Below, piece by piece: positions 13,976 through 28,265 of a DNA stretch of 64,000 bases. The number at the start of each line of letters is the position of its first letter. Positions within the stretch are counted from its first letter, which is position 1. This DNA is from Azolla caroliniana (taxonomy: Eukaryota; Plantae; Polypodiophyta). The notes under the pieces were generated by a model. It saw only the letters and a program-made list of their open reading frames with translations. It was not told the DNA's origin and made no database searches. Position numbers and translations under genes: made by a program. The DNA is taken from positions 5,208,001 through 5,272,000 of the forward strand of contig JBHGNT010000005.1 of assembly GCA_043228905.1 (NCBI GenBank), given 5' to 3'.

Positions 13976-16934
13976 TAACTCATCATTATCAATCCAATTT
14001 GTTCCAATTTTGGGCATAACAATGGAAGAATGTCCAATACCATATAAAAAACCTCTAATACTCTTCATCCAATCTAGGTCTCTAACAATGTTTTACCTAA
14101 AGGTCAAATTAGTCAGAGGGACATTTATCATTGATTTTTATTAATAGAACAACATTATGGTGTAAAATGATTAAAAAGTTTTAGATAATTCCTTGTGCGA
14201 GTCTTTCCCTTGTAGAAAAGAAGTATAATGAATTATTAAACTGTCAATGTACAATGAGATTTTTCCTATTAAAACATGAAATGAAATGCATCACTACAAT
14301 AATGTTTGAGTTTTGTTCATGAAAAGTAACAAACAAGTTCATACCAAGGGATATTCTAACCTTCATCCCTGACCCAAGAAGGCTATCTTACAACTCTAAT
14401 TTAATAATTTGTATTTTATTTGCTATAAATGGCTCTTAATGAAAAGGTCATTGGTTCGTGTGTAAAAGAATTCTCTTTTAATGTATTGTAGTTATACTTA
14501 CAAAATAAAAATGGTAAATAAAATCATATTAATTACAAAAAGTAAAAAACAACTACATATATAAGTTATGACTACTCAACGACTAACAACATTATTGTTT
14601 GAAACGAAATTTGATGAGCTTTAAAAGGCCAATAACACAAATTTCAATATATGATAGCTTGACAACTTGTATATTTGGAATTCTCGAGGCGATATCATCC
14701 ATGATGTTTCCAACAACAAGAATTGGCAAAGTAAACCTAAGTTCCAATTGTCACCCCAAATCAGGCATCATATACAAAGTTGTTACACATATGCCATAAC
14801 CTCCAATAGTTGAACAACCCGACAACTATTCAAAAGTGGAATGACGGGAATTTTGAGCCAACTTGTGAGAAGACTCATTGGAATAAGGGCTCAAAACCTT
14901 GAGCATAGAAGGCCTCGTTGTGAAAGCTTAAATATATGTCCAAGCATCATCATACAATCAAATTAGTGATGGGTACTATGTTCTAAACTCTAATGAGACC
15001 ACACAAAAGAAACGCATTCCAACAGTGATGTCTTTTTCAAGCATTTCTTAGATTTAACCTCCCAATCGTGACCCTTTAAATAGACACCTTAGCTCTAAAA
15101 TGACGATGGGAATGCCAACCCATCCATTACACACATTGTCACCACATTATGGGGTTCATGGTTCCCCTTTCTCTTGTAACCCTCTTTGTTATCCACTCAT
15201 GTTTCCACATTGCATACAAAACGTGTTATTTGGCATTTGCCAACCTTGAACCATTTGAACCATTGTGAGATATGTATTGATATAACATTGAATCAAAATA
15301 CATTGAAAAACATATACATGCTCACAACCTAACATTGATTTGTGTCCATAAGCCAATGTCAATGCATGCTCGCTATATTGGCTAGCATGCATGTTCACCA
15401 CTTGACTATCATGTGTAACTAGTATACAAAGCATCCATCAAATCAAAAGTTATTAAAGATTAATTATTATAAACACGATAGTAGTTATTTTGGCTAATAT
15501 ATAACCAATATAACTACGAGGCCATGAATTAAAGTTTTTCTAAATTGTATGACCTCTTGCTTAGGAAACCATATATACAAGTCACTAATGTACCCATACA
15601 CATCACATGCATTCAATATCTCACATGACATCTCGTTAACGCCCCTCTTTCAACTAATCGGAGGGGGCGAACACCATTTGGGCACTACATATTGCCATCA
15701 TATATCCATTCCATTTGTTGTGGCCATCGGTGTAGTACACCAACGTTTTCTAAAATTCAGCTTCATTATTTTAGAAGCATCATCAGTACCATCAATCCGC
15801 TCATATTGAGCTCTCGGTGTAGTTATTAATGTGTGCCATATTAGCTTAATCGATTCAGCCGTAGGGCGTTTGTTTGCTGAAAATACCCTGCGACACCTTG
15901 TCGTCCATATGCACCATATGGTAATGAGTGAGATCACTCATGAATGATAGGGTAGTTTAGGCAAAGCCTACCCGAGAAAGGGATTGGAGTTGTGTATATT
16001 TTAACTAATGGAGTATATTCTTTTTTGGAAAAAAGAGAGAGTCACTAATGTACCCAATATCTCATGTAAATTCACACGATATGAAAAACAAATCCTTACA
16101 AAGTCTAAAAGTTAATGTCATTGAGCTTTGTTTAGAAATTGAAAATATGAAGAGAGACATACAACTAGAGGAATAATCAAGACACATAATCATTTTAGGA
16201 TAAAACGAGGTTTATTCCCAACTAGCTTTGATCGATGGTAACTAGGTAAGACCTAACTTGTAAGCTCACATCTTTTATCCACCAAAATATCTTACTGAAG
16301 GAAGGGAAGGAAAGAGTGAAACCTGTAACATGAAAAAAAAAATCTCAACTTGTGTCACCATTCAATATATGTGCTAAGCAATGTGTGTTTATTTTCTAAT
16401 ATATTTAGTATCGTTTTCCAAAATAGAGGGAGTACCCCCCCACAACACACACACACACATTTAACTTTTGTAGTTAATGTTTTGTTTTTTAAGAAATACT
16501 ATTGCTCAAACATGACTCGATCAATTTTCCAAAATACCATTTTATGAATTTCATTTTCCTATGCATACATTCTATTTCAAGTTTGTTAATATGTCTAATA
16601 TTGCAACGGAATCCTTCCGTTCTAACTCTTATGGAGTTATGTCCTTACTACTTAGTACATATGCCAATTGATGGAGACACAATTGTCTAGGTGAAATGTG
16701 TGGTCTTCTTATTGTTAAGCAAATGCGATAAATGTATATCTATTACCAATACATGGTTATATATGCATTAGAAAATAGAAAAAGTATTTATTCTCAAAAT
16801 TACCAACATGTAGACTGTTTGTTGAACGTGGAGGCTCTTAATCACAAACCTTTAGTGCTTAATGAAGAAGATATAATCATACAAGGGTATGCACACCTAA
16901 ATTACCCAATTAAGTTTGGGCAGACATGGTGACT

Positions 16935-17236
16935 ATTTTTTCCAAAAAAAGATACTACATTAGTATTAGAAAACGCCAGAAGGCTATACATACAAGATAT
17001 ACCACAAATCCCCTGTATTTTTCTAAATTCTAACCATAAGCTTAAATAAATACTTTGGTGTTGAGTAAAACCACTCCGCCTTATCATAAAGCCGTCTATA
17101 AAAATACTTATGTCCCAGATGCCATGAAACTCCAAACGCTTAAGCTCTGCTTGGTGCGTATTACCTTTTATACTATCCAATAACCCTGTGAGATTATGCA
17201 CAATCTCTATCCAAATTCCCGAATATATTTGAGATG
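16935..17236 (-). mobile_element. LINE 3' end (ORF2 C-terminus, 3' UTR, A-tail)
   Basis: The reverse complement closely matches the LINE end at 61465-61764 (HNL.G.LDSIKG..HQAEL.RLEFH.IWD). Confidence 0.85.
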
Positions 17237-17786
17237 ATGTGTCAATGACTGGCGTTGAATTCCTTGAAAGGGACCAAGGAGGTTACAAGTATTTATATTA
17301 GTTCCGAGATTGAATATCTCTAGAATATACTCGAGAAATATCTCCAGAATATACCCGTCTAGAATATACCATACAAATTTCTAGAATATACTAACGACTA
17401 GAATATTATGATTCTGAAATGTATTATATGCTAGACTATAGAATATTACACAATTATATATAAATGTATGCTCATGTCAAAATGGTTGAGCAAAACATCT
17501 TGTTGATGTGAGGTTGCAAGTTCAATCCTCATCAACAATGTATTTGATGTCACTGTGCTGTGACATTATCCTCCCCTTTACGATCGTCTTTTCCAAAACG
17601 TGGTGTAGGGGTGAATGGGAATTGGAGCACCGATGGGCGTGAGTGAGCAGGTGCGGTCCTCACCGAAGACACAAACACCAACGGGTGAAGTGGTTGACTC
17701 GACTTCTTCTATCATGAGAGCTTGGGTAAATAGTCGAGGTTGACCCAAAACACGACACAAACAATAGCACTATGAGAGACCGACGT
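17235..17786 (-). mobile_element. Truncated 3' LTR, PPT and short internal end of an LTR element (family of 769-1183)
   Basis: On the minus strand AAGGGGAGGATAA directly precedes TGTCACAGCACAGTGACATC. Homologous to 769-1038. Confidence 0.75.
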
Positions 17787-18566
17787 TGTCGTGAAGAATT
17801 TCGGCCAGAGGCGGAAACCGGGAAATATTGGCTACATCGGCGGGGTGTACCATGTGCACTCACCCTCGTATAATTGTGTGAATAATAGGAGTTAAGTCGG
17901 GACGAAGATTCCCATGTAAATCAGGATTTATCCCACATTGTAACACATCCCTCTCCTTGTTCTATAAAAGGAAGGGATGGTCCCTTGTAGAAGGGTTGCC
18001 CATTTTGTATTAGCAGGGTATATCGTTAGACGAAGAGACGTTCTCTCTTCCTCTTTCTCTCTTTCCTTTCTTGCTCTCCTCTGCTTCTTCTTTGTTGTTC
18101 TACGTGTCGAGCACTAGTGTCTAGCGTTTCGGTTTTCTGCCATATACTCTGTGCAAGCCCGAGAGCTCCCCGACCAACGGCTTGGCAGTAGACAACAGTT
18201 GTATCCTATGCGACCTAGGTCCGGCTCGAAGTTGGTGTTGAATCTCGTTGTCTTGTAAATACATATACATTTGGTTGTGCATATTCGAGTTTCTGTTGGT
18301 ATGCGTGTGTGTGTGTGTGTCTTTGAGTTTCTTTCTCGTTTCTGTACATAAGGCGTGAGTTGGGTCGGCGTGCTGTGTGCATGTGTGCAAGAGTCAATGT
18401 TGCGTGCCTGCTCTCTCTCTCTCTCTCTTCCTTCGGTTGCTTCCGGTGTGCTTCTGGGATGCCCCGGAAACGGTGAAGCACGACTTCCTACGCTTCGTCA
18501 CTCCCTAGTCCAAGACCCCCGTGGTCCCGCCTTTCTCCATGCACGCGCGAAACTTCGTGACATCTT

Positions 18567-18584
18567 TGGTGAACCCGACGTGAA
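18567..18584 (+). promoter_or_regulatory. Primer binding site complementary to cytosolic tRNA-Trp
   Basis: TGGTGAACCCGACGTGAA is the reverse complement of the plant tRNA-Trp(CCA) 3' end ...UUCACGUCGGGUUCACCA (recalled). It lies 4 nt after the LTR. Confidence 0.85.
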
Positions 18585-18599
18585 AGGCGGCGAGGGAGG

Positions 18600-19210
18600 A
18601 TGGAGTCGGAAGACGACGACCTTGCGGTGATGGTGGCCGAAGTGGTGTTGGAGTCGGCACGAGTGGTGATGAGGCGAGAAGCATCGCAACAAGTGGTTGA
18701 GCAAGTGGTTGAAAGAGTCGGCCGTTTCAACAGAGACAAAGTCCCATCTTACTTGGAAGCCTACAACGCGGAAATGGAGGAGCGAGACGTGGACGAAGCG
18801 TTGAGGCTGGAGTTCTTCTGTCGGGCTGTCACCGTCCGTATGCACGTGGAAGTGAAGGAGCTCCGAGAAGCTCATAGTTCGTGGGAGGCCTTTGAAGAGG
18901 CGCTCTTGCAGGCATATGGAGGACGGCGGAAGAACCGGGACGACACGACTTCGACCAGTGGGTAGTATCGGCAAAGACCCACCGGGGCGCAACGAAGGCG
19001 TTCCGAGAGTTCGAGCGACGGCTTGCTCGGCTCCCGGAGCGGGAACAAGGTTTGGTGGGGGCGGACAAAGTCCTATTGTTCGTCAGGTCAATCGACCGAG
19101 CAGAACGGGAGGCCATCGGGATTGAGCTCGTAGACGATGACGGAGCGAATGGGCTTACAAAGGATTGGTCGAAGGTCAGAAGGGTGTGCCAAAGGCTAGA
19201 CAACGAGTGA
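18600..19210 (+). pseudogene. Gag-like ORF, frameshifted after ~18920
   Basis: Lies just after the PBS. GRFN..KVPSYLEAY..EM...SWEAFEEALLQAYG resembles retrotransposon capsid helices. Confidence 0.6.
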
Positions 19211-20325
19211 GCCGAGAAGGCTAAGAGGAAGGGGCGCGACGGCGTGCCATCACAACGGGAAGAGGTCAAACGGCAAAGAGAGTCGGCAAGGGTCGGCGTT
19301 GGGGCCAGGATTGCAGAGGCGTACGCAGCTCTCGAGGCGATGCTCGAGGAAGAGGAAAGATCGAGGCCGCAAGCTGAGACTGAGGAGACGGACTTGCCCC
19401 ACGCGATGGCGGAAGATCGATACGATGGTACCACGGGAGAGGGTGCGGAACAAAACGCCCTCTTGACTTGCAAAGATAGAACGGCCAAGGACGAGGCCGA
19501 GATACCGATTGCGGAATAGGATAGTTGGGACCAGCGGTTTCGGGCGTGTCAACCTGAAACCCCGAACATCGGAGAAGCAAGCCCAGGCGGGGCTTGCGCA
19601 ACTGGTAAGAAGACGACCGCTGACCACGAAGAGTCGGTGGCTATGGACAAGGGCGTAAAACGGACGGGCGATTCTTTGTGTCTTCCCACACTTGCTCCCG
19701 AGACGATGACAGTCGGGCTCGAGTGCCCACGTGAGTCCCAAGAGGAGGAAGGCGGCGGCGAGAGACCAAGAATCATCGGCGAGACAATACGGGGAAGGAG
19801 CGGACGAAAGCCCCCGGACCCGATTCTGGAGAACTCAGCATTCGGGCCCGTATGCCCATGTGAGACCGAGGAGATGGATGGCGGTACCGAGGAGTCTTGG
19901 CACGATGCCAGCGAAGATGGATGGGAGATGGCCCGCGAAAAGGTCAAAGAAGAGACCAAGAAACGACTCGACCAGGGACCGAACCGTGCGACGCTCCGAT
20001 ACGGGTGTAGCGTTATCCGGTCGTGGATTGTTCGATAGGGGCCGGATTTGGCATAAAGGTGCCGATACGGGAGAGGGTGCAGGACGAGCCGCCCTCTTTT
20101 ACAAGGGGAGAAAGACCGACCGGGCGAAGGTCGAGAATTGGAAGGAGGGTGATCAGAGGTCCGGAACGAGTCTGGCAAGGTCGGCATCGGAGCCGAAACT
20201 GCGGACATTGGAGAATCAAGCTCAGGCGGGCTTGATTGATCACAGAGCGGATGTTATCCACCAACACCACTAAAAGGGGCGGTGGCCCGAACGAGTCGCC
20301 AAAAGACGTTGAGAAATCAGTTACG

Positions 20326-21675
20326 CCACATCCTATCCGGAGACTCCGGCTGTTCAGCGAACAGGGCAACGTAAGACCGAAAGAGATGGAAGATTGAGGC
20401 GGGAACGCAACAAGGAGAGCGACGACGAGTTCGGGAGAAGTACGGGGGATGAAGAGGAGAACGAAGGCCAGTCCCATGAGATCTTCACATAGATCCAGCT
20501 GTCGGCTTGAGTGTCGGCGTGAGTCCTATAGGAGAGGTCAGTGGCGACAGGAGAATGAGACCCGGCAATTCGGAGATTGACGAATGGACCCGGATGAGAA
20601 CAGGGCGTAGCGAACTCCCGGATAACCATTCCGGGAGGGAGGAAGAGGGCAGGCCTACGAAGAGGCCGAGAACACGGTACGTCGGTACCACGGGAGAGGA
20701 TGTTGAGCGAGCCACCCTCTCGGCTTGCGAAGGAAGGAAGACCCGGGAGAAGGGTCAAGGATACGAGGAGCCCAAGGAGGATCCTTCACACCAGATCTAG
20801 AGACTTCGGCAGTCGGCAACGCAGTCGACGTAAGACCAAGATACTGACGATGGCGGCAAGGGGACAAGGGCGGAAACGACGAAATACGACGAGCCCAAGG
20901 AGGATCCTTCACACCGGTTCCAGAGACTCCGACAGTCGGCCCGAGAGCTGACGTGAGACCTAGAGTGGCGATCAGTGGCGGAAAGGGGACGAAGGCGATG
21001 GGAACTGCGGATGGGCGGTCTATGGGAATCCTCACACTGATCCGGCGGTCGGCCCGAGTACCGACGTGAGTCCTATACGAGAGGTCGGTGGCGGCAGGTG
21101 AATGTGATCGGACGACGGAAGCAGAGAAAGAAGGTATCAGGCTGGCGAGGCGGCTACTAACCGAATCAGACCTACCGACAAGGTCACGGGCATAAGGAAG
21201 TCTGGTCCTATGGGATCTTCACACCGGTTCTGGAGACTCCGGTTGTTCGGCCAACGTGGCAACGCAAGACCGAGGGAGAAGGAAGGTGGCGGCAAGGAAC
21301 GGGACCCGACATCGACAAAGGTCGGTAAGACGGGGTGGACGAAGTGCGAAACCCTTACCGACCGGTTACGAAAGGAGCCGGTAGGGGCAAACACGGGGAG
21401 GTGTGTCGGGCCGGAAAGGCACACCTGGGTTCGGAACAAGAGTCTCGCAAGTGGCCATCGCAGGCCAGATCGAAGTGTGACTACGGGATGGTGTTCGGCA
21501 CGGGTAGTGCCGAACGAAGGAAGCGGAAGACAGCACGCGGAGGTGCCGGAGCGGAAAGGCGAGTGCGAAGATGGGTTGCGCGGTTCGGAGGTAGCGCGTA
21601 GAAGGCCAGAGAAGGATCCTCCACACCGTTCCGGAGACCATGGCGGTTCAAGCCGACGTGGCGACGTAAGACCAT
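20326..21675 (+). repeat. About 7 degenerate copies of a ~55-bp motif inside the LTR element
   Basis: ggatccttcacaccggttccrgagactccgrc..gtcggc...gacgtragacc near 20326, 20478, 20778, 20901, 21026, 21212, 21612. Confidence 0.7.
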
Positions 21676-22322
21676 GGAGAAGGAAGGTGGCGGCGAGAGG
21701 ACGAAAGCAACGCAAAACAACATGGGACGACAATCAAGACAACACGAATGGTCGACGGAGGCCAAGCGGGCCACTACGGGCGTTCCTCAAGCGGAGGACA
21801 TCGAGCATACGACGGAGAGCGGGGCGTGCATACGGCCGAACAAGGGCCAACGAAAGTACGCGTACTACGGAGATCACGGCAAAGGACCCATCGACGGATC
21901 GAACGAGCCTATGGGGAGGTAAGCGCGAAGGAAGAACTGAAGCTGACGGTTCAAACCGGCAGCGAACCGGGATGCGGATTACGGACGACCGGTTTCTCAC
22001 CGGCCAAAATCTCTCACCCTTCACCGGATCTGGCATGTACCGGTGGATCTGCGGTTTGGTGGGGGTGGATGTCGTGAAGAATTTCGGCCAGAGGCGGAAA
22101 CCAGGAAATATTGGCTACATCGACGGGGTGCACCATGTGCACTCACCCTCGTATAATTGTGTGAATAATAGGAGTTAAGTCGGGACGAAGAATCCCATGT
22201 AAATCGGGATTTATCCCACATTGTAACGCATCCCTCTCCTTGTTCTATAAAACGAAGGGATGGTCCCTTGTAGAAGGGTTGCCCATTTTGTATTAGCAGG
22301 GTATACCGTTAGACGATGAGAC

Positions 22323-25300
22323 CTTTGCCCTGGCATGACTTCCATCATTACCAGACCACAAATCATTCCGGATCAATCTTTGTAATTGTCCCATACACAT
22401 ATACCAAAGGCTAGACAACAAAACTTGATTAACTACTATCACTCTACCCGCAAATGATAGTTTAACTTTACTCCAAAACAATAGTTTTTTCCTAATTTTC
22501 AATAGCAAAGAAGGAACTTGAATTTCTGAAGAAATATTCAAACCTACTTGGCATCCCAAATATTAACTGAAGTGCCATCGGGAATCCATCAGAAATCTGG
22601 ATGAGAACTCCATTGTGGAGTTGTGGAATTCAACGACACAAAAAAGCCCACAGATTTATTCCAATTAATTGATGCACCTGAAGCCATACAAAATGTACAT
22701 TTTTTGCAGAGTATTAATCTGACCATCTAAATACAAACTTGTATCATCAACAAATTCTACATTGACAACATTTGTACCATCAAGGGGCATTGTTATTCAT
22801 TTCAATCCAATCTCTTCAGCAGTCAAAAACAAACTCATCGCTTCAGCAAAAAACATAAAGAAATATGGTGCAAGTGGATAGCCTTGTCGTACACTTCGGT
22901 AAATTTGAAGCCAATCACCTTTAACCCCTCCTGACAAAACAAAACTGCATGTTGAATTGTACAAAGAAGACACTCCTATCACCCATTTCTCTGGAAAACC
23001 TAGACCTACAAGAGTACCATGAAGGAAGTCCCAATCAACTCGATCATATGCTTTTTTTAAGTCGAGTAACAAAATCACAAAATCCTCTTTTCTCTTACGA
23101 GCCAAGGAAATGGCTTCCCAAAAAAAAAAAAAATTATCCAATATACTTCTTTCCTGAATAAAACCTGTTTGGGTGATATGAATCAAATCATGTAAGAAAG
23201 GTTGCATTCTCAATGATAATGTTTTTTTTTTTTTCCATTCCAAAAATCAACAATAATGTTTATACGAAGATTTTATATATTGTATTTAGCAAAGTTATTG
23301 GTCTCCATTTTCTAATATCATCTGATATAGCTTCACCCTTACATATTAAATAAATCAAGCCAACTACCGTACTACGAGGCATGTATCCAATGTCAAATTT
23401 TTTTTATAAGCTTTCGTTAAGTCTTCCCCAATATATTCCCAATATTTGAGGAAAAAATGTGGAGTAATTCCATCCTCCCTTGGACAAGACATAAGACTTA
23501 AAGCTCTAAGTGCATTATTTATTTCGTTAGTAATGCAACCTTCATTTTGTTTATGACTTTAGGCTTAATTTTGTCCCACACACATTTCCTACTTGTGTGA
23601 ACAGGTTCGATAACAACTCCAATGGACAACAATTTAGTATAGTAAGTAGTATCAATTTGTATAATTTTTTACTCATCTTCCGTTAAGGAGCCATCTTCTC
23701 TCCTTAGTTGTTTAATCCCTATTGCCAACCATTACGATGCAACTTGTGAAAAAAATATTTTGCTTACTTTGTCACCTGCTTGTGTCCATTTTGAAGCAGA
23801 AGCTTGATATTGAAATTGTAAAATATTGTCCTCAATATTTCTTAATTCCCATTTCGTATTATGTAAAGCATTTGTTGTCCATTCACACAATAGCTCCCTT
23901 TCTTGAAAATGTTGCAACGATGTCAAGGCACAATGCATACTGATAATGTTATAACTTATGTGTATATCTTTCTTTTTTCCTTTGTCCCCAAGAGATTAAG
24001 AAACTACTAGTATGTAGTATTGCCAAGGCCACATTATCTTCCACATTTCTAATTTGCAATAAAGTTTGTCTCCATATATACATAACTTGTTCAATAATTA
24101 TTGGTTCTGTAAACAATTCTGGTGGAATCATTATTCTCCCTTGTTGCTTATGTTTTTTCCCATCATTAACTTGTAACACAAATGGGGCATAATCGGAGTA
24201 AGTCGTACCCAGATAAATGCTAACACTCCCTCCTATCTCCGCAAATAAATCATCAACATGAATCTTATCAATTCTTGACAGAGTTGCCCCATTTATTCTT
24301 CTATCATACTTAGAAAACGTTGAAGAATTATGCAATTTTCCAAAGGATGGTAAATGCCAGACATCCAACAACCTAGTTATAGTAAACTTTTCCCATGCTG
24401 ATAATTCTAAACCATGCATTGTTACTTCACCTTCATCACTTCTATCCTCATGATCCTCAATCATATTAAAGTTTCCTGTTACACACCAATGATCTACAAC
24501 TGGCAATGAACTATCCAACTCAATACACATCTTTAATCGTTCTCTAGAAGAATTAGGAGCATACAAATTCAGAAAGCCCACCTTTTTATTAGGAAATTTC
24601 ATGATAACATATTGTGCTCTTCCTAACAACAAATTTCTTACATCCAACATCTTTACTTGCCATATATCATGAATTGCCATACATAATCCACCTTGAAGTT
24701 GTGTTGATCCATATGTTGGAACCCACAACATTTCCCAATTTCCAGGCAATAATGAACCATAAACTTTAATACGCCTTTCATTTAGATGATGTTCTTGTAA
24801 CATCACTATGTCCACTTGCCCAATTATACATTTATGCAACTCTTGCCGAAATCTCTATTTATATTGTTTACATAAGGATCCCCCAAGACCCTAAACATTC
24901 CAAGAAATAATCTTCATATTTACACAAATTTAGACAATAATCTTTTTTCTTTCAAACATCGATTCTTGTCTTCTTGAGACATATCTTGGAACTTAATCAT
25001 TATTCTAAAAGCTATGTATTCTTTACTAAATGCATTAGCCTGTTTATGTACTCTCTGAGTGGAAATCTTACTATTAATTCCTTGAAAATTTTCAATTAAT
25101 GATTTCATGGAAGTTCTCCAATCATTAGCATCCTTCATGAAAGGATTATGATCCTTCGACAAGTGCTTGGACATGGATCTTGTCCACCTCCCTTCAAACG
25201 AAGGCAATGGTCCAATGTCAACTACTCGATTTTTAGGTTGTAGTTCCCCTACAATCTTTTGTCCATTCATTGTTTCCGATACATTTATCAAAATGATATC

Positions 25301-26040
25301 ATTCTCAACATATAAACCCATTTCACCACTACATCATTCTTGGTGTTTGTTATTATATAATTGAATGTCAAGTTTAGGAACATCTGGTCTTGATTGTATT
25401 CCTTCCACAATCTCCTTGCCAGGACGCCTATTGTCAGGTACTTCCGTATTCCCAAATCTTCCATCAATTGAGGTAGTCCATCAAGTTCTATGTTGGTTGA
25501 CAAGTTGTACATATTATCCTTATGTTGCCATTTGGATTTATCATGATTTTTCTTTTTTATCATGTGTCGTTTGACAACTTGAACCCAAGGGCCACCAACA
25601 CTTGTTTGTGGCTCATCATTTACAACATGTATCGGACCTTTCCTTGACAAGGAACATTCATTATCTAAATGTCCCATTCTTTTACATAAAAAACATTGAT
25701 TTGGTAAACTAGCATATCATTTTTTTTGTCTCTTTCCACATCCCCCATTTTCCAAACAAGGTAATTTCACATATGCCGGCAATGGTTTTCCTCTAGTACA
25801 TAATAACCTAATTGTTGGTATTCCAAATATTTGACTGTCTTTGTTATGTATATAGGCATCTAATACAACTCCAATTAACCCCCCCAGTTGATTCAACAGA
25901 TGATGAAATTCCTTAGGCAATCCCAGAAAACTCATAGTTAAAACTAAAAAATCATGTTGGGTCGCTCTAATGGGATCAAAAGACATGATGACTAATTTAA
26001 CAACCCATATTAGCAAATTAAGATTCCATTTGAACCAAAC
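22323..26040 (-). mobile_element. Degenerate L1-clade LINE (ORF1 with zinc knuckle; ORF2 APE endonuclease + RT)
   Basis: ORF1 ..CFLCKRMGHLDNEC. ORF2 MKIISWNV, LQEHH, NLYAPN, GNFN, SRIDK; RT motifs QTGFIQERSILDN, LDLKKAYDRVDW, VRQGYPLAP, KLSFAGRVIVVNQVL. Many stops and frameshifts. Confidence 0.92.
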
Positions 26041-26130
26041 GTAATATATTATGAGAAAATCATCAAACTAATTTCTACTTATCACAATTCAAACATGTTC
26101 ACTTCTAATTGTGAAGCGAGCTTCTACGTA

Positions 26131-26262
26131 GGCCAATTAGGACATGTTCCCTTTTAAAAATAGTTCTTAATTATTATGAATTAATATCAAGCAAGCTTAT
26201 ACATGGGCCAATTAGGACATGCTCCCTTTTTTAAATAGTTCTTAATTATTATGAATTAATAG
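26131..26262. repeat. 76-bp spaced direct repeat
   Basis: ggccaattaggacatg.tcccttt...tagttcttaattattatgaattaata occurs twice. Confidence 0.7.
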
Positions 26263-28265
26263 TTGTAACAACATACACACACACACATAAAGGTATAATA
26301 GTTCACTTAGTCTTAAATGTATCATGTGATTAATAACTCATCTAACTAAAACTTATATAAAAAAAGCTCTCATCATATTTACTTCGGAATGCAATTTTAG
26401 CATATTCATGACAAGTTCCAACACCCACCATCTCTAACTTGGTGCCACACCAACAACGTTGTTAACTTGTACGATACAATATGTTTATGGTTGGCTATAG
26501 TACAACACACAATGTGGCATTTGTATCATGAACCACACTGAGAGCATCACGCAACAACGGATTTTTAGTATTTAAAACCTTACAATTTACAACTCTATAT
26601 GTACGGAAAAGGAATCCAATCATTAAATTTCAGCATAAAAACATCAAATAAAGTAGACATGTAGAACTTTGGGATCTCAAAGGCGTGAAAGGTTTATCAC
26701 ACAAGGATTCTCTTTAATATAAGCCTAATCTATTGTATTATGTTGATAGGATCTTTAATTGGGATATAGCATATGGTCTTCTATGTATGCTAAGGAAGAA
26801 CTTGAGGATTGGAGTAAGTGGAGCCTCAAAATTTTATTTAGGGTTGAGAAGAATGCAAGTGGGTAGTTGGACTCTCAAAAAATTGTGTAGGTTCCTAGGC
26901 GAAGATGGCATGAGAATGTGAAGCATAACCTATATATTAAGCTTAAATATCTCCACGTAAGGAGCAAAAGGAAGGGATGAATATTGAATACCTTGCACAT
27001 TCAACCCCCTTGTGCATAAATTTATGGTTGAACAAATTACAAACTAGAATTTGTGTGTTATGACCAACTAAAATTACGGAAAAAATTACATTATAATTTC
27101 TTTGACAATATTCCAAGTCAAATTTCCCTTATTTGTGGGAATGACAAGGCGATTCTTGACACTCGCACTCACATGTGTGCAATATCTAATAAACAACACA
27201 TGCACAACCAATGACAAGTTGAGATCTACCTTGTTTTATATTTCTTTATAAATTCAAAGAACTAAAAGGTAATTAAGACTCAAGGGTCTCTAAAATTATG
27301 TTTGTCTTCAAATGTGAGAGTTGGACAATAATTTATGAACCAGATTCTAGATGTAGAAGAAAATACCTATTTATAGAGAAAAAATCAAATATCATATTAA
27401 ACATATTGTATCCAATGTCCATGAGGATCAATACACCTTAGATGGGATATATGAATATATCCATAAACCTTTCCTCACGATCAAGCTTCATTTTTTCCCC
27501 TTCATTTTATATAGGAATGGAACTTCTATCAATCATTTCTAGACATCGTGACTACCCAACCATCACACTAAGATATCTAAATTTTGGGGTCCAAAGAAGT
27601 TGAAGAAACTTACGAAATAGGATATCTAAATTTTGACTCCCCAACTATCAGGATATCTACCGCAAATTGCAAAGGTGTATTATAATGATGAATGGATCAC
27701 CACCACATGTGATAGGGTTTGGGTGATCTTTCTCATGTGCTATCAACATATGCTTTAGTCTCTCTTCCTAGAATCATGGATTATGATTGTATGATTATCT
27801 CCCTTCAAAGGAAATCGAGTGAATACCCACAAATTTAGAACAGTAGCATAAAATATTGATTGGCATCATCCATATTGTTACGAGGGAACTATCTCCAAAC
27901 ATATTTGAGAAAGGGAAGATGGAAAATACCTTAGAAAGCTAAGCTAAGCTAGTGTCCTTAACACTCTAATTTAGCAATAGTTCCACTCCATGAAGGAGAC
28001 TATTATCCAAGTTTCAAACACTTCATCCACTTTAACATTGAGAGAGTTAATCGTATAAGTGTAGTACGTCGATCAATGAAATGAACACCTCATTCCATGA
28101 TGCCAAGTCAATGAAGACATGAAAAATATGTTGTCCTTTGCTACCCCAACCATGCGCTACTATTCTTGCATCAAGAACTAGTACACACATACGGCAAATG
28201 ATTCTAACATGAATTGTATGAGGTGATCTTAACACATTTCAGATTCTGTTCACCTTGGTTGTTTC

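Larger units (their letters stand above)
17787..22322 (+). mobile_element. Non-autonomous LTR retrotransposon (gag remnant, no pol); 5' LTR 17787-18562, 3' LTR 22070-22322 truncated
   Basis: LTR ends TGTCGTGAAG...CTTCGTGACA. PBS at 18567-18584; G-rich PPT directly before 22070. The LTR 5' portions are highly similar. No RT/RH/INT motifs seen. Confidence 0.88.

Noticed and set aside
18829-22178. Many 100-320 aa ORFs on both strands
   Set aside because: Expected in GC-rich, low-complexity retroelement interior; no recognisable domains.
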